Assembly (NCBI GenBank): GCA_964016885.1
Contig: OZ024740.1
Coordinates: 19,654,001 to 19,718,000 of the forward strand
DNA: 64,000 bases
DNA from: Eledone cirrhosa
Taxonomy: Eukaryota
Direction of reading: 5' to 3'
Translations under genes and position numbers: made by a program
The notes under the pieces: model-generated
Database searches by the model: none
Seen by the model: only the letters and a program-made list of their open reading frames with translations
What the model was told of the DNA's origin: nothing
Shown here: piece by piece, positions 43,000-58,700 of the stretch
Layout of the letters: every line of letters starts with the position of its first letter
Numbering within the stretch: the stretch's first letter is position 1

Positions 43000-45380
43000 T
43001 CGACAGCTAACAACTGATGCAGTGTCTCGACAGCTAACAACTGATGCAGTGTCTCGACAGCTAACAACTGATGCAGTGTCCCGACAGCTAACAACTGATG
43101 CAGTGTCCTCTCGACAGCTAACAACTGATGCAGTGTCCCGACAGCTGACAACTGATGCAGTGTCCTCTCGACAGCTAACAACTGATGCAGTGTCCTCTCG
43201 ACAGCTAACAATTGATGCAGTGTCTCAAGAGCTAACAACTGATGCAGTGTCCCGACAGCTAGCAACTGATGCAGTGTCCTCTCGACAGCTAACAACTGAT
43301 GCAGTGTCTCGACAGCTAACAACTGATGCAGTGTCCTGACAGCTGACAACTGATGCAGTGTCCTCTCGACAGCTAACAACTGATGCAGTATCCTCTCGAC
43401 AGCTAACAACTGATGCAGTGTCCCAACAGCTAACAACTGATGCTGTGTCTCGACAGCTAACAACTGATGCAGTGTCCTCTCGACAGCTAACAACTGATGC
43501 AGTGTCCTCTCGACAGCTAACAACTGATGCAGTGTCTCGACAGCTAACAACTGATGCAGTGTCTCGACAGCTAACAACTGATGCAGTGTCTCGACAGCTA
43601 ACAACTGTTGCAGTGTCCTCTCGACAGTTAACAACTGATGCAGTGTCCTCTCGACAGCTAAACACTGATGCAGTGTCCCGACAGATAACAACTGATGCAG
43701 TGTCCCGACAGCTAACAACTGATGCAGTGTCTCGACAGCTAACAACTGATGCAGTGTCCTCTCGACAGCTAACAACTGATGCAGTGTCCCGACAGCTAAC
43801 ATCTGTTGCAGTGTCCTCTCGACAGCTAACAACTGATGCAGTGTCCTGACAGCTGACAACTGATGCAGTGTCTCGACAGCTAACAACTGATGCAGTGTCT
43901 CGACAGCTAACAACTGATGCAGTGTCTCGACAGCTAACAACTTATGCAGGGTGCTCTCGACAGCTAACAACTGATGCAGTGTCCTCTCGACAGCTAACAA
44001 CTGATGCAGTGCCCGCTCGAACTCTAACAACTGATGCAGTGTCCCAACAGCTAACAACTGATGCAGTGTCTCGACAGCTAACAACTGATGCAGTGTCTCG
44101 ACAGCTAACAACTGATGCAGTGTCCTCTCGACAGCTAACAACTGATGCAGTGTCCCGACAGCTAACAACTGATGCAGTGTCCTCTCAACAGCTAACAACT
44201 GATGCAGTGTCCCGACAGCTAACAACTGATGCAGTGTCCTCTCGACAGCTAACAACTGATGCAGTGTCCTCTCGACAGCTAACAACTGATGCAGTGTCTC
44301 AAGAGCTAACAACTAATGCAGTGTGCCGACAGCTAACAACTGATGCAGTGTCCTCTCGACAGCTAACAACTGATGCAGTGTCTCGACAGCTAACAACTGA
44401 TGCAGTGTCTCGACAGCTAACAACTGATGCAGTGTCCTCTCGACAGCTAACAACTGATGCAGTGTCTCGACAGCTAACAACTGATGCAGTGTCTCGACAG
44501 CTAACAACTGATGCAGTGTCCCGACAGCTAACAACTGATGCAGTGTCCTCTCGACAGCTAACAACTGATGCAGTGTCCCGACAGCTGACAACTGATGCAG
44601 TGTCCTCTCGACAGCTAACAACTGATGCAGTGTCCTCTCGACAGCTAACAATTGATGCAGTGTCTCAAGTGCTAACAACTGATGCAGTGTCCCGACAGCT
44701 AACAACTGATGCAGTGTCCTCTCGACAGCTAACAACTGATGCAGTGTCTCGACAGCTAACAACTGATGCAGTGTCCTGACAGCTGACAACTGATGCAGTG
44801 TCCTCTCGACAGCTAACAACTGATGCAGTATCCTCTCGACAGCTAACAACTGATGCAGTATCCCAACAGCTAACAACTGATGCAGTGTCTCGACAGCTAA
44901 CAACTGATGCAGTGTCCTCTCGACAGCTAACAACTGATGCAGTGTCCTCTCGACAGCTAACAACTGATGCAGTGTCTCGACAGCTAACAACTGATGCAGT
45001 GTCCTCTCGACAGCTAACAAAATATGCAGTTTCTTCTCGACATCTAACAACTGATGCAGTGTCCTCCCGACAGATAACAACTGATGCAGTGTCCTCTCGA
45101 CAGCTAACAACTGATGTAGTGTCCCAACATCTAACAACTGATGCAGTGTCCCGACAGCTAACAACTGATGCAGCGTCTCGATAGCTAACAACTGTTGCAG
45201 TTTCCCGAAAGCTAACAACTGATGCAGTGTCTCGACAGCTAACAACCGATGCAGTGTCCCGAAAGCTAACAACTGATGCAGTGTCTCGACAGCTAACAAC
45301 TGATGCAGTGTCCCGAAAGCTAACAACTGATGCAGTGTCTCGACATCTAACAAGTGATGCAGTGTCCTCTCGACAGCTAA
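43000..45380 (+). repeat. Dispersed copy of block ~36580-38960 (offset 6,420 bp)
   Basis: ORF pairs 36805/43225, 36938/43358, 37448/43868, 38378/44798 and 38807/45227. Confidence 0.85.
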
Positions 45381-46469
45381 CAAATGATGCAGTGTCCTCA
45401 GGACAGCTAACAACTAAAGCAGTGATTCGACATCTAACAACTGATGCAGTGTCCTCGCGACAGCTAACAACTGATGCAGTGTCCCGACAGCTAAAAACTG
45501 ATGCAGTGTCTCGACAGCTAACAACTGATGCAGTGTCCTCTCGACAGCTAACAAAATATGCAGTTTCCTCTCGACAGCTAACACCTGATGCAGTGTCCTT
45601 TCGACAACTAACAACTGATGCAGTGTCCTCTCGACAGCTAACAAAATATGCAGTTTCTTCTCAACAGCTAACAACTGATGCAGTGTCCTCCCGACAGATA
45701 ACAACTGATGCAGTGTCCTCTCGACAGCTAACAACTGATGCAGTGTTCAGACAGCTAACAACTGATGCAGTGTCCCCTCGACAGCTAACAACTGATGCAG
45801 TGTCCCAACAGCTAACAACTGATGCAGTGTCCCGACAGCTAACAACTGATGCAGTGTCTCGACAGCTAAAATCTGTTGCAGTGTCCCGAAAGCTAACAAC
45901 TGATGCAGTGTCTCGACAGCTAACAACCGATGCAGTGTCCCGAAAGCTAACAACTGATGCAGTGTCTCGACAGCTAACAACTGATGCAGTGTCCCGAAAG
46001 CTAACAACTGATGCAGTGTCTCGACAGCTAACAACTGCTGCAGTGTCCCGACATCTAACAACTGATGCATTGTCCCGACAGCTAACAACTGGTGCAGTGT
46101 CCTCTCGACAGCTAACAACTGATGCAGTGTCTCGACATCTAACAACTGATGCAGTGTCCCGACAGCTAACAACTGATACAGTGTCCCGACAGCTAACAAC
46201 TGATGCAGAGTCCTCTCGACAGCTAACAACTGATGCAGTGTCTCGACAGCTAACAACTGATGCAGTGTCCTGACAGCTGACAACTGATGCAGTGTCCTCT
46301 CGACAGCTAACAACTGATGCAGTGTCCTCTCGACAGCTAACAACTGATGCAGTGCCCGCTCGAACTCTAACAACTGATGCAGTGTCCCAACAGCTAACAA
46401 CTGATGCAGTGTCCTCTCGACAGCTAACAACTGATGCAGTGTCCCGACAGCTAACAACTGATGCAGTGT

Positions 46470-48220
46470 CCTCTCGACAGCTAACAACTGATGCAGTGTC
46501 TCGACAGCTAACAACTGATGCAGTGTCCTGACAGCTGACAACTGATGCAGTGTCTCGACAGCTAACAACTGATGCAGTGTCCTCTCGACAGCTAACAACT
46601 GATGCAGTGTCTCGACAGCTAACAACTGATGCAGTGTCTCGACAGCTAACAACTGATGCAGTGTCCCGACAGCTAACAACTGATGCAGTGTCCTCTCGAC
46701 AGCTAACAACTGATGCAGTGTCCCGACAGCTGACAACTGATGCAGTGTCCTCTCGACAGCTAACAACTGATGCAGTGTCCTCTCGACAGCTAACAATTGA
46801 TGCAGTGTCTCAAGAGCTAACAACTGATGCAGTGTCCCGACAGCTAGCAACTGATGCAGTGTCCTCTCGACAGCTAACAACTGATGCAGTGTCTCGACAG
46901 CTAACAACTGATGCAGTGTCCTGACAGCTGATAACTGATGCAGTGTCCTCTCGACAGCTAACAACTGATGCAGTATCCTCTCGACAGCTAACAACTGATG
47001 CAGTGTCCCAACAGCTAACAACTGATGCAGTGTCTCGACAGCTAACAACTGATGCAGTGTCCTCTCGACAGCTAACAACTGATGCAGTGTCCTCTCGACA
47101 GCTAACAACTGATGCAGTGTCTCGACAGCTAACAACTGATGCAGTGTCTCGACAGCTAACAACTGATGCAGTGTCTCGACAGCTAACAACTGTTGCAGTG
47201 TCCTCTCGACAGTTAACAACTGATGCAGTGTCCTCTCGACAGCTAAACACTGATGCAGTGTCCCGACAGATAACAACTGATGCAGTGTCCCGACAGCTAA
47301 CAACTGATGCAGTGTCTCGACAGCTAACAACTGATGCAGTGTCCTCTCGACAGCTAACAACTGATGCAGTGTCTCGACAGCTAACAACTGATGCAGTGTC
47401 CTGACAGCTGACAACTGATGCAGTGTCTCGACAGCTAACAACTGATGCAGTGTCCTCTCGACAGCTAACAACTGATGCAGTGTCTCGACAGCTAACAACT
47501 GATGCAGTGTCTCGACAGCTAACAACTGATGCAGTGTCCCGACAGCGAACAACTGATGCAGTGTCCTCTCGACAGCTAACAACTGATGCAGTGTCCCGAC
47601 AGCTGACAACTGATGCAGTGTCCTCTCGACAGCTAACAACTGATGCAGTGTCCTCTCGACAGCTAACAATTGATGCAGTGTCTCAATTGCTAACAACTGA
47701 TGCAGTGTCCCGACAGCTAGCAACTGATGCAGTGTCCTCTCGACAGCTAACAACTGATGCAGTGTCTCGACAGCTAACAACTGATGCAGTGTCCTGACAG
47801 CTGACAACTGATGCAGTGTCCTCTCGACAGCTAACAACTGATGCAGTATCCTCTCGACAGCTAACAACTGATGCAGTGTCCCAACAGCTAACAACTGATG
47901 CAGTGTCTCGACAGCTAACAACTGATGCAGTGTCCTCTCGACAGCTAACAACTGATGCAGTGTCCTCTCGACAGCTAACAACTGATGCAGTGTCTCGACA
48001 GCTAACAACTGATGCAGTGTCTCGACAGCTAACAACTGATGCAGTGTCTCGACAGCTAACAACTGTTGCAGTGTCCTCTCGACAGTTAACAACTGATGCA
48101 GTGTCCTCTCGACAGCTAAACACTGATGCAGTGTCCCGACAGATAACAACTGATGCAGTGTCCCGACAGCTAACAACTGATGCAGTGTCTCGACAGCTAA
48201 CAACTGATGCAGTGTCCTCT
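46470..48220 (+). repeat. Higher-order tandem duplication, period 873 bp (2 copies)
   Basis: ORF pairs 46550/47423, 46810/47683 and 46943/47816. Confidence 0.85.
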
Positions 48221-49747
48221 CGACAGCTAACAACTGATGCAGTGTCCCGACAGCTAACAACTGTTGCAGTGTCCTCTCGACAGCTAACAACTGATGCAGT
48301 GTCCTGACAGCTGACAACTGATGCAGTGTCTCGACAGCTAACAACTGATGCAGTGTCTCGACAGCTAACAACTGATGCAGTGTCTCGACAGCTAACAACT
48401 TATGCAGGGTGCTCTCGACAGCTAACAACTGATGCAGTGTCCTCTCGACAGCTAACAACTGATGCAGTGCCCGCTCGAACTCTAACAACTGATGCAGTGT
48501 CCCAACAGCTAACAACTGATGCAGTGTCTCGACAGCTAACAACTGATGCAGTGTCTCGACAGCTAACAACTGATGCAGTGTCCTCTCGACAGCTAACAAC
48601 TGATGCAGTGTCCCGACAGCTAACAACTGATGCAGTGTCCTCTCAACAGCTAACAACTGATGCAGTGTCCCGACAGCTAACAACTGATGCAGTGTCCTCT
48701 CGACAGCTAACAACTGATGCAGTGTCCTCTCGACAGCTAACAACTGATGCAGTGTCTCAAGAGCTAACAACTAATGCAGTGTGCCGACAGCTAACAACTG
48801 ATGCAGTGTCCTCTCGACAGCTAACAACTGATGCAGTGTCTCGACAGCTAACAACTGATGCAGTGTCTCGACAGCTAACAACTGATGCAGTGTCTCGACA
48901 GCTAACAACTGATGCAGTGTCCTCTCGACAGCTAACAACTGATGCAGTGTCTCGACAGCTAACAACTGATGCAGTGTCTCGACAGCTAACAACTGATGCA
49001 GTGTCCCGACAGCTAACAACTGATGCAGTGTCCTCTCGACAGCTAACAACTGATGCAGTGTCCCGACAGCTGACAACTGATGCAGTGTCCTCTCGACAGC
49101 TAACAACTGATGCAGTGTCCTCTCGACAGCTAACAATTGATGCAGTGTCTCAAGAGCTAACAACTGATGCAGTGTCCCGACAGCTAACAACTGATGCAGT
49201 GTCCTCTCGACAGCTAACAACTGATGCAGTGTCTCGACAGCTAACAACTGATGCAGTGTCCTGACAGCTGACAACTGATGCAGTGTCCTCTCGACAGCTA
49301 ACAACTGATGCAGTATCCTCTCGACAGCTAACAACTGATGCAGTATCCCAACAGCTAACAACTGATGCAGTGTCTCGACAGCTAACAACTGATGCAGTGT
49401 CCTCTCGACAGCTAACACCTGATGCAGTGTCCTTTCGACAACTAACAACTGATGCAGTGTCCTCTCGACAGCTAACAAAATATGCAGTTTCTTCTCAACA
49501 GCTAACAACTGATGCAGTGTCCTCCCGACAGATAACAACTGATGCAGTGTCCTCTCGACAGCTAACAACTGATGCAGTGTTCAGACAGCTAACAACTGAT
49601 GCAGTGTCCCCTCGACAGCTAACAACTGATGCAGTGTCCCAACAGCTAACAACTGATGCAGTGTCCCGACAGCTAACAACTGATGCAGTGTCTCGACAGC
49701 TAAAATCTGTTGCAGTGTCCCGAAAGCTAACAACTGATGCAGTGTCT

Positions 49748-52700
49748 CGACAGCTAACAACCGATGCAGTGTCCCGAAAGCTAACAACTGATGCAGTGTC
49801 TCGACAGCTAACAACTGATGCAGTGTCCCGAAAGCTAACAACTGATGCAGTGTCTCGACAGCTAACAACTGCTGCAGTGTCCCGACATCTAACAACTGAT
49901 GCATTGTCCCGACAGCTAACAACTGGTGCAGTGTCCTCTCGACAGCTAACAACTGATGCAGTGTCTCGACATCTAACAACTGATGCAGTGTCCCGACAGC
50001 TAACAACTGATACAGTGTCCCGACAGCTAACAACTGATGCAGAGTCCTCTCGACAGCTAACAACTGATGCAGTGTCTCGACAGCTAACAACTGATGCAGT
50101 GTCCTGACAGCTGACAACTGATGCAGTGTCCTCTCGACAGCTAACAACTGATGCAGTGTCCTCTCGACAGCTAACAACTGATGCAGTGCCCGCTCGAACT
50201 CTAACAACTGATGCAGTGTCCCAACAGCTAACAACTGATGCAGTGTGTCGACAGCTAACAACTGATGCAGTGTCTCGACAGCTAACAACTGATGCAGTGT
50301 CCTCTCGACAGCTAACAACTGATGCAGTGTCTCGACAGCTAACAACTGATGCAGTGTCCTGACAGCTGACAACTGATGCAGTGTCTCGACAGCTAACAAC
50401 TGATGCAGTGTCCTCTCGACAGCTAACAACTGATGCAGTGTCTCGACAGCTAACAACTGATGCAGTGTCTCGACAGCTAACAACTGATGCAGTGTCCCGA
50501 CAGCTAACAACTGATGCAGTGTCCTCTCGACAGCTAACAACTGATGCAGTGTCCCGACAGCTGACAACTGATGCAGTGTCCTCTCGACAGCTAACAACTG
50601 ATGCAGTGTCCTCTCGACAGCTAACAATTGATGCAGTGTCTCAAGAGCTAACAACTGATGCAGTGTCCCGACAGCTAGCAACTGATGCAGAGTCCTCTCG
50701 ACAGCTAACAACTGATGCAGTGTCCTCTCGACAGCTAACAATTGATGCAGTGTCTCAAGAGCTAACAACTGATGCAGTGTCTCGACAGCTAACAACTGAT
50801 GCAGTGTCCTGACAGCTGACAACTGATGCAGTGTCCTCTCGACAGCTAACAACTGATGCAGTATCCTCTCGACAGCTAACAACTGATGCAGTGTCCCAAC
50901 AGCTAACAACTGATGCAGTGTCTCGACAGCTAACAACTGATGCAGTGTCCTCTCGACAGCTAACAACTGATGCAGTGTCCTCTCGACAGCTAACAACTGA
51001 TGCAGTGTCTCGACAGCTAACAACTGATGCAGTGTCTCGACAGCTAACAACTGATGCAGAGTCTCGACAGCTAACAACTGTTGCAGTGTCCTCTCGACAG
51101 TTAACAACTGATGCAGTGTCCTCTCGACAGCTAAACACTGATGCAGTGTCCCGACAGATAACAACTGATGCAGTGTCCCGACAGCTAACAACTGATGCAG
51201 TGTCTCGACAGCTAACAACTGATGCAGTGTCCTCTCGACAGCTAACAACTGATGCAGTGTCCCGACAGCTAACAACTGTTGCAGTGTCCTCTCGACAGCT
51301 AACAACTGATGCAGTGTCCTGACAGCTGACAACTGATGCAGTGTCTCGACAGCTAACAACTGATGCAGTGTCTCGACAGCTAACAACTGATGCAGTGTCT
51401 CGACAGCTAACAACTTATGCAGGGTGCTCTCGACAACTAACAACTGATGCAGTGTCCTCTCGACAGCTAACAACTGATGCAGTGCCCGCTCGAACTCTAA
51501 CAACTGATGCAGTGTCCCAACAGCTAACAACTGATGCAGTGTCTCGACAGCTAACAACTGATGCAGTGTCTCGACAGCTAACAACTGATGCAGTGTCCTC
51601 TCGACAGCTAACAACTGATGCAGTGTCCCGACAGCTAACAACTGATGCAGTGTTCTCTCAACAGCTAACAACTGATGCAGTGTCCCGACAGCTAACAACT
51701 GATGCAGTGTCCTCTCGACAGCTAACAACTGATGCAGTGTCCACTCGACAGCTAACAACTGATGCAGTGTCTCAAGAGCTAACAACTAATGCAGTGTGCC
51801 GACAGCTAACAACTGATGCAGTGTCCTCTCGACAGCTAACAACTGATGCAGTGTCTCGACAGCTAACAACTGATGCAGTGTCTCGACAGCTAACAACTGA
51901 TGCAGTGTCCTCTCGACAGCTAACAACTGATGCAGTGTCTCGACAGCTAACAACTGATGCAGTGTCTCGACAGCTAACAACTGATGCAGTGTCCCGACAG
52001 CTAACAACTGACGCAGTGTCCTCTCGACAGCTAACAACTGATGCAGTGTCCCGACAGCTGACAACTGATGCAGTGTCCTCTCGACAGCTAACAACTGATG
52101 CAGTGTCCTCTCGACAGCTAACAATTGATGCAGTGTCTCAAGAGCTAACAACTGATGCAGTGTCCCGACAGCTAACAACTGATGCAGTGTCCTCTCGACA
52201 GCTAACAACTGATGCAGTGTCTCGACAGCTAACAACTGATGCAGTGTCCTGACAGCTGACAACTGATGCAGTGTCCTCTCGACAGCTAACAACTGATGCA
52301 GTATCCTCTCGACAGCTAACAACTGATGCAGTATCCCAACAGCTAACAACTGATGCAGTGTCTCGACAGCTAACAACTGATGCAGTGTCCTCTCGACAGC
52401 TAACAACTGATGCAGTGTCCTCTCGACAGCTAACAACTGATGCAGTGTCTCGACAGCTAACAACTGATGCAGTGTCCTCTCGACAGCTAACAAAATATGC
52501 AGTTTCTTCTCGACATCTAACAACTGATGCAGTGTCCTCCCGACAGATAACAACTGATGCAGTGTCCTCTCGACAGCTAACAACTGATGTAGTGTCCCAA
52601 CATCTAACAACTGATGCAGTGTCCCGACAGCTAACAACTGATGCAGTGTCTCGATAGCTAACAACTGTTGCAGTGTCCCGAAAGCTAACAACTGATGCAG

Positions 52701-55700
52701 TGTCTCGACAGCTAACAACCGATGCAGTGTCCCGAAAGCTAACAACTGATGCAGTGTCTCGACAGCTAACAACTGATGCAGTGTCCCGAAAGCTAACAAC
52801 TGATGCAGTGTCTCGACATCTAACAAGTGATGCAGTGTCCTCTCGACAGCTAACAAATGATGCAGTGATTCGACAGCTAACAACTGATGCAGTGTCCTCA
52901 GGACAGCTAACAACTAAAGCAGTGATTCGACATCTAACAACTGATGCAGTGTCCTCGCGACAGCTAACAACTGATGCAGTGTCCCGACAGCTAAAAACTG
53001 ATGCAGTGTCTCGACAGCTAACAACTGATGCAGTGTCCTCTCGACAGCTAACAAAATATGCAGTTTCCTCTCGACAGCTAACACCTGATGCAGTGTCCTT
53101 TCGACAACTAACAACTGATGCAGTGTCCTCTCGACAGCTAACAAAATATGCAGTTTCTTCTCAACAGCTAACAACTGATGCAGTGTCCTCCCGACAGATA
53201 ACAACTGATGCAGTGTCCTCTCGACAGCTAACAACTGATGCAGTGTTCAGACAGCTAACAACTGATGCAGTGTCCCCTCGACAGCTAACAACTGATGCAG
53301 TGTCCCAACAGCTAACAACTGATGCAGTGTCCCGACAGCTAACAACTGATGCAGTGTCTCGACAGCTAAAATCTGTTGCAGTGTCCCGAAAGCTAACAAC
53401 TGATGCAGTGTCTCGACAGCTAACAACCGATGCAGTGTCCCGAAAGCTAACAACTGATGCAGTGTCTCGACAGCTAACAACTGATGCAGTGTCCCGAAAG
53501 CTAACAACTGATGCAGTGTCTCGACAGCTAACAACTGCTGCAGTGTCCCGACATCTAACAACTGATGCATTGTCCCGACAGCTAACAACTGGTGCAGTGT
53601 CCTCTCGACAGCTAACAACTGATGCAGTGTCTCGACATCTAACAACTGATGCAGTGTCCCGACAGCTAACAACTGATACAGTGTCCCGACAGCTAACAAC
53701 TGATGCAGAGTCCTCTCGACAGCTAACAACTGATGCAGTGTCCTCTCGACAGCTAACAATTGATGCAGTGTCTCGACAGCTAACAACTGATGCAGTGTCT
53801 CGACAGCTAACAATAGATGCAGTGTCCTTCCGACAGCTAACAACTGATGCAGTGTCCTCTCGACAGCTAACAACCGATGCAGTGTCCTCTCGACAGCTAA
53901 CAACTGATGCAGTGTCCCGACAGCTAACAACTGATGCAGTGTCCTCTCGACAGATAACAACTGATGCAGTGTCTCGACAGCTAACAACTGATGCAGTGTC
54001 CCGACAGCTAACAACTGATGCAGTGTCTCGACAGCTAAGAAATGATGCAGTGATTCGACAGCTAACAACTGATGGAGTGTCTCGACAGCTAACAACTGAT
54101 GCAGTGTCTCGACAGCTAACAACTGATGCAGTGTCCTTCCGACAGCTAACAACTGATGCAGTGTCCTCTCGACAGGTAACAACTGATGCAGTGATTCGAC
54201 ATCTAACAAGTGATGCAGTGTCCTCTCGACAGCTAACAACTGATGCAGTGTCCCGACAGCTAACAACTGATGCAGTGTCTCGACAGCTAAGAAATGATGC
54301 AGTGATTCGACAGCTAACAACTGATGGAGTGTCTCGACAGCTAACAACTGATGCAGTGTCTCGACAGCTAACAACTGATGCAGTGTCCTTCCGACAGCTA
54401 ACAACTGATGCAGTGTCCTCTCGACAGGTAACAACTGATGCAGTGATTCGACATCTAACAACTGATACAGTGTCCTCTCGACAGCTAACAACTGATGCAG
54501 TGTCCTTGCTACAGCTAACAACTGATGCAGTGTCCCGACAGCTAAAAACTGATGCAGTGCCTCGACAGCTAACAACTGATGCAGTGTCCTCTCGACAGCT
54601 AACAAAATATGCAGTTTCCTCTCGACAGCTAACAACTGATGCAGTGTCCTCCCGACAGATAACAACTGATGCAGTGTCCTCTCGACAGCTAACAACTGAT
54701 GCAGTGTCCTCCCGACAGATAACAACTGATGCAGTGTCCTCTCGACAGCTAACAACTGATGCAGTGTTCCGACAGCTAACAACTGATGCAGTGTCCCCTC
54801 GACAGCTAACAACTGATGCAGTGTCCTCTCGACAGCTAACAACTGATGCAGTGCTCAGACAGCTAACAACTGATGCAGTGTCCTCGCGACAGCTAACAAC
54901 TGATGCAGTGTCCCGACAGCTAAAGACTGATGCAGTGTCTCGACAGCTAACAACTGATGCAGTGTCCTCTCGACAGCTAACAACCGATGCAGTGTCCCGA
55001 AAGCTAACAACTGATGCAGTGTCTCGACAGCTAACAACTGATGCAGTGTCCCGAAAGCTAACAACTGATGCAGTGTCTCGACAGCTAACAACTGCTGCAG
55101 TGTCCCGACATCTAACAACTGATGCATTGTCCCGACAGCTAACAACTGGTGCAGTGTCCTCTCGACAGCTAACAACTGATGCAGTGTCTCGACATCTAAC
55201 AACTGATGCAGTGTCCCGACAGCTAACAACTGATACAGTGTCCCGACAGCTAACAACTGATGCAGAGTCCTCTCGACAGCTAACAACTGATGCAGTGTCT
55301 CGACAGCTAACAACTGATGCAGTGTCCTGACAGCTGACAACTGATGCAGTGTCCTCTCGACAGCTAACAACTGATGCAGTGTCCTCTCGACAGCTAACAA
55401 CTGATGCAGTGCCCGCTCGAACTCTAACAACTGATGCAGTGTCCCAACAGCTAACAACTGATGCAGTGTGTCGACAGCTAACAACTGATGCAGTGTCTCG
55501 ACAGCTAACAACTGATGCAGTGTCCTCTCGACAGCTAACAACTGATGCAGTGTCTCGACAGCTAACAACTGATGCAGTGTCCTGACAGCTGACAACTGAT
55601 GCAGTGTCTCGACAGCTAACAACTGATGCAGTGTCCTCTCGACAGCTAACAACTGATGCAGTGTCTCGACAGCTAACAACTGATGCAGTGTCTCGACAGC

Positions 55701-58700
55701 TAACAACTGATGCAGTGTCCCGACAGCTAACAACTGATGCAGTGTCCTCTCGACAGCTAACAACTGATGCAGTGTCCCGACAGCTGACAACTGATGCAGT
55801 GTCCTCTCGACAGCTAACAACTGATGCAGTGTCCTCTCGACAGCTAACAATTGATGCAGTGTCTCAAGAGCTAACAACTGATGCAGTGTCCCGACAGCTA
55901 GCAACTGATGCAGAGTCCTCTCGACAGCTAACAACTGATGCAGTGTCCTCTCGACAGCTAACAATTGATGCAGTGTCTCAAGAGCTAACAACTGATGCAG
56001 TGTCTCGACAGCTAACAACTGATGCAGTGTCCTGACAGCTGACAACTGATGCAGTGTCCTCTCGACAGCTAACAACTGATGCAGTATCCTCTCGACAGCT
56101 AACAACTGATGCAGTGTCCCAACAGCTAACAACTGATGCAGTGTCTCGACAGCTAACAACTGATGCAGTGTCCTCTCGACAGCTAACAACTGATGCAGTG
56201 TCCTCTCGACAGCTAACAACTGATGCAGTGTCTCGACAGCTAACAACTGATGCAGTGTCTCGACAGCTAACAACTGATGCAGAGTCTCGACAGCTAACAA
56301 CTGTTGCAGTGTCCTCTCGACAGTTAACAACTGATGCAGTGTCCTCTCGACAGCTAAACACTGATGCAGTGTCCCGACAGATAACAACTGATGCAGTGTC
56401 CCGACAGCTAACAACTGATGCAGTGTCTCGACAGCTAACAACTGATGCAGTGTCCTCTCGACAGCTAACAACTGATGCAGTGTCCCGACAGCTAACAACT
56501 GTTGCAGTGTCCTCTCGACAGCTAACAACTGATGCAGTGTCCTGACAGCTGACAACTGATGCAGTGTCTCGACAGCTAACAACTGATGCAGTGTCTCGAC
56601 AGCTAACAACTGATGCAGTGTCTCGACAGCTAACAACTTATGCAGGGTGCTCTCGACAGCTAACAACTGATGCAGTGTCCTCTCGACAGCTAACAACTGA
56701 TGCAGTGCCCGCTCGAACTCTAACAACTGATGCAGTGTCCCAACAGCTAACAACTGATGCAGTGTCTCGACAGCTAACAACTGATGCAGTGTCTCGACAG
56801 CTAACAACTGATGCAGTGTCCTCTCGACAGCTAACAACTGATGCAGTGTCCCGACAGCTAACAACTGATGCAGTGTTCTCTCAACAGCTAACAACTGATG
56901 CAGTGTCCCGACAGCTAACAACTGATGCAGTGTCCTCTCGACAGCTAACAACTGATGCAGTGTCCTCTCGACAGCTAACAACTGATGCAGTGTCTCAAGA
57001 GCTAACAACTAATGCAGTGTGCCGACAGCTAACAACTGATGCAGTGTCCTCTCGACAGCTAACAACTGATGCAGTGTCTCGACAGCTAACAACTGATGCA
57101 GTGTCTCGACAGCTAACAACTGATGCAGTGTCCTCTCGACAGCTAACAACTGATGCAGTGTCTCGACAGCTAACAACTGATGCAGTGTCTCGACAGCTAA
57201 CAACTGATGCAGTGTCCCGACAGCTAACAACTGACGCAGTGTCCTCTCGACAGCTAACAACTGATGCAGTGTCCCGACAGCTGACAACTGATGCAGTGTC
57301 CTCTCGACAGCTAACAACTGATGCAGTGTCCTCTCGACAGCTAACAATTGATGCAGTGTCTCAAGAGCTAACAACTGATGCAGTGTCCCGACAGCTAACA
57401 ACTGATGCAGTGTCCTCTCGACAGCTAACAACTGATGCAGTGTCTCGACAGCTAACAACTGATGCAGTGTCCTGACAGCTGACAACTGATGCAGTGTCCT
57501 CTCGACAGCTAACAACTGATGCAGTATCCTCTCGACAGCTAACAACTGATGCAGTATCCCAACAGCTAACAACTGATGCAGTGTCTCGACAGCTAACAAC
57601 TGATGCAGTGTCCTCTCGACAGCTAACAACTGATGCAGTGTCCTCTCGACAGCTAACAACTGATGCAGTGTCTCGACAGCTAACAACTGATGCAGTGTCC
57701 TCTCGACAGCTAACAAAATATGCAGTTTCTTCTCGACATCTAACAACTGATGCAGTGTCCTCCCGACAGATAACAACTGATGCAGTGTCCTCTCGACAGC
57801 TAACAACTGATGTAGTGTCCCAACATCTAACAACTGATGCAGTGTCCCGACAGCTAACAACTGATGCAGTGTCTCGATAGCTAACAACTGTTGCAGTGTC
57901 CCGAAAGCTAACAACTGATGCAGTGTCTCGACAGCTAACAACCGATGCAGTGTCCCGAAAGCTAACAACTGATGCAGTGTCTCGACAGCTAACAACTGAT
58001 GCAGTGTCCCGAAAGCTAACAACTGATGCAGTGTCTCGACATCTAACAAGTGATGCAGTGTCCTCTCGACAGCTAACAAATGATGCAGTGATTCGACAGC
58101 TAACAACTGATGCAGTGTCCTCAGGACAGCTAACAACTAAAGCAGTGATTCGACATCTAACAACTGATGCAGTGTCCTCGCGACAGCTAACAACTGATGC
58201 AGTGTCCCGACATCTAAAAACTGATGCAGTGTCTCGACAGCTAACAACTGATGCAGTGTCCTCTCGACAGCTAACAAAATATGCAGTTTCCTCTCGACAG
58301 CTAACACCTGATGCAGTGTCCTTTCGACAACTAACAACTGATGCAGTGTCCTCTCGACAGCTAACAAAATATGCAGTTTCTTCTCAACAGCTAACAACTG
58401 ATGCAGTGTCCTCCCGACAGATAACAACTGATGCAGTGTCCTCTCGACAGCTAACAACTGATGCAGTGTTCAGACAGCTAACAACTGATGCAGTGTCCCC
58501 TCGACAGCTAACAACTGATGCAGTGTCCCAACAGCTAACAACTGATGCAGTGTCCCGACAGCTAACAACTGATGCAGTGTCTCGACAGCTAAAATCTGTT
58601 GCAGTGTCCCGAAAGCTAACAACTGATGCAGTGTCTCGACAGCTAACAACCGATGCAGTGTCCCGAAAGCTAACAACTGATGCAGTGTCTCGACAGCTAA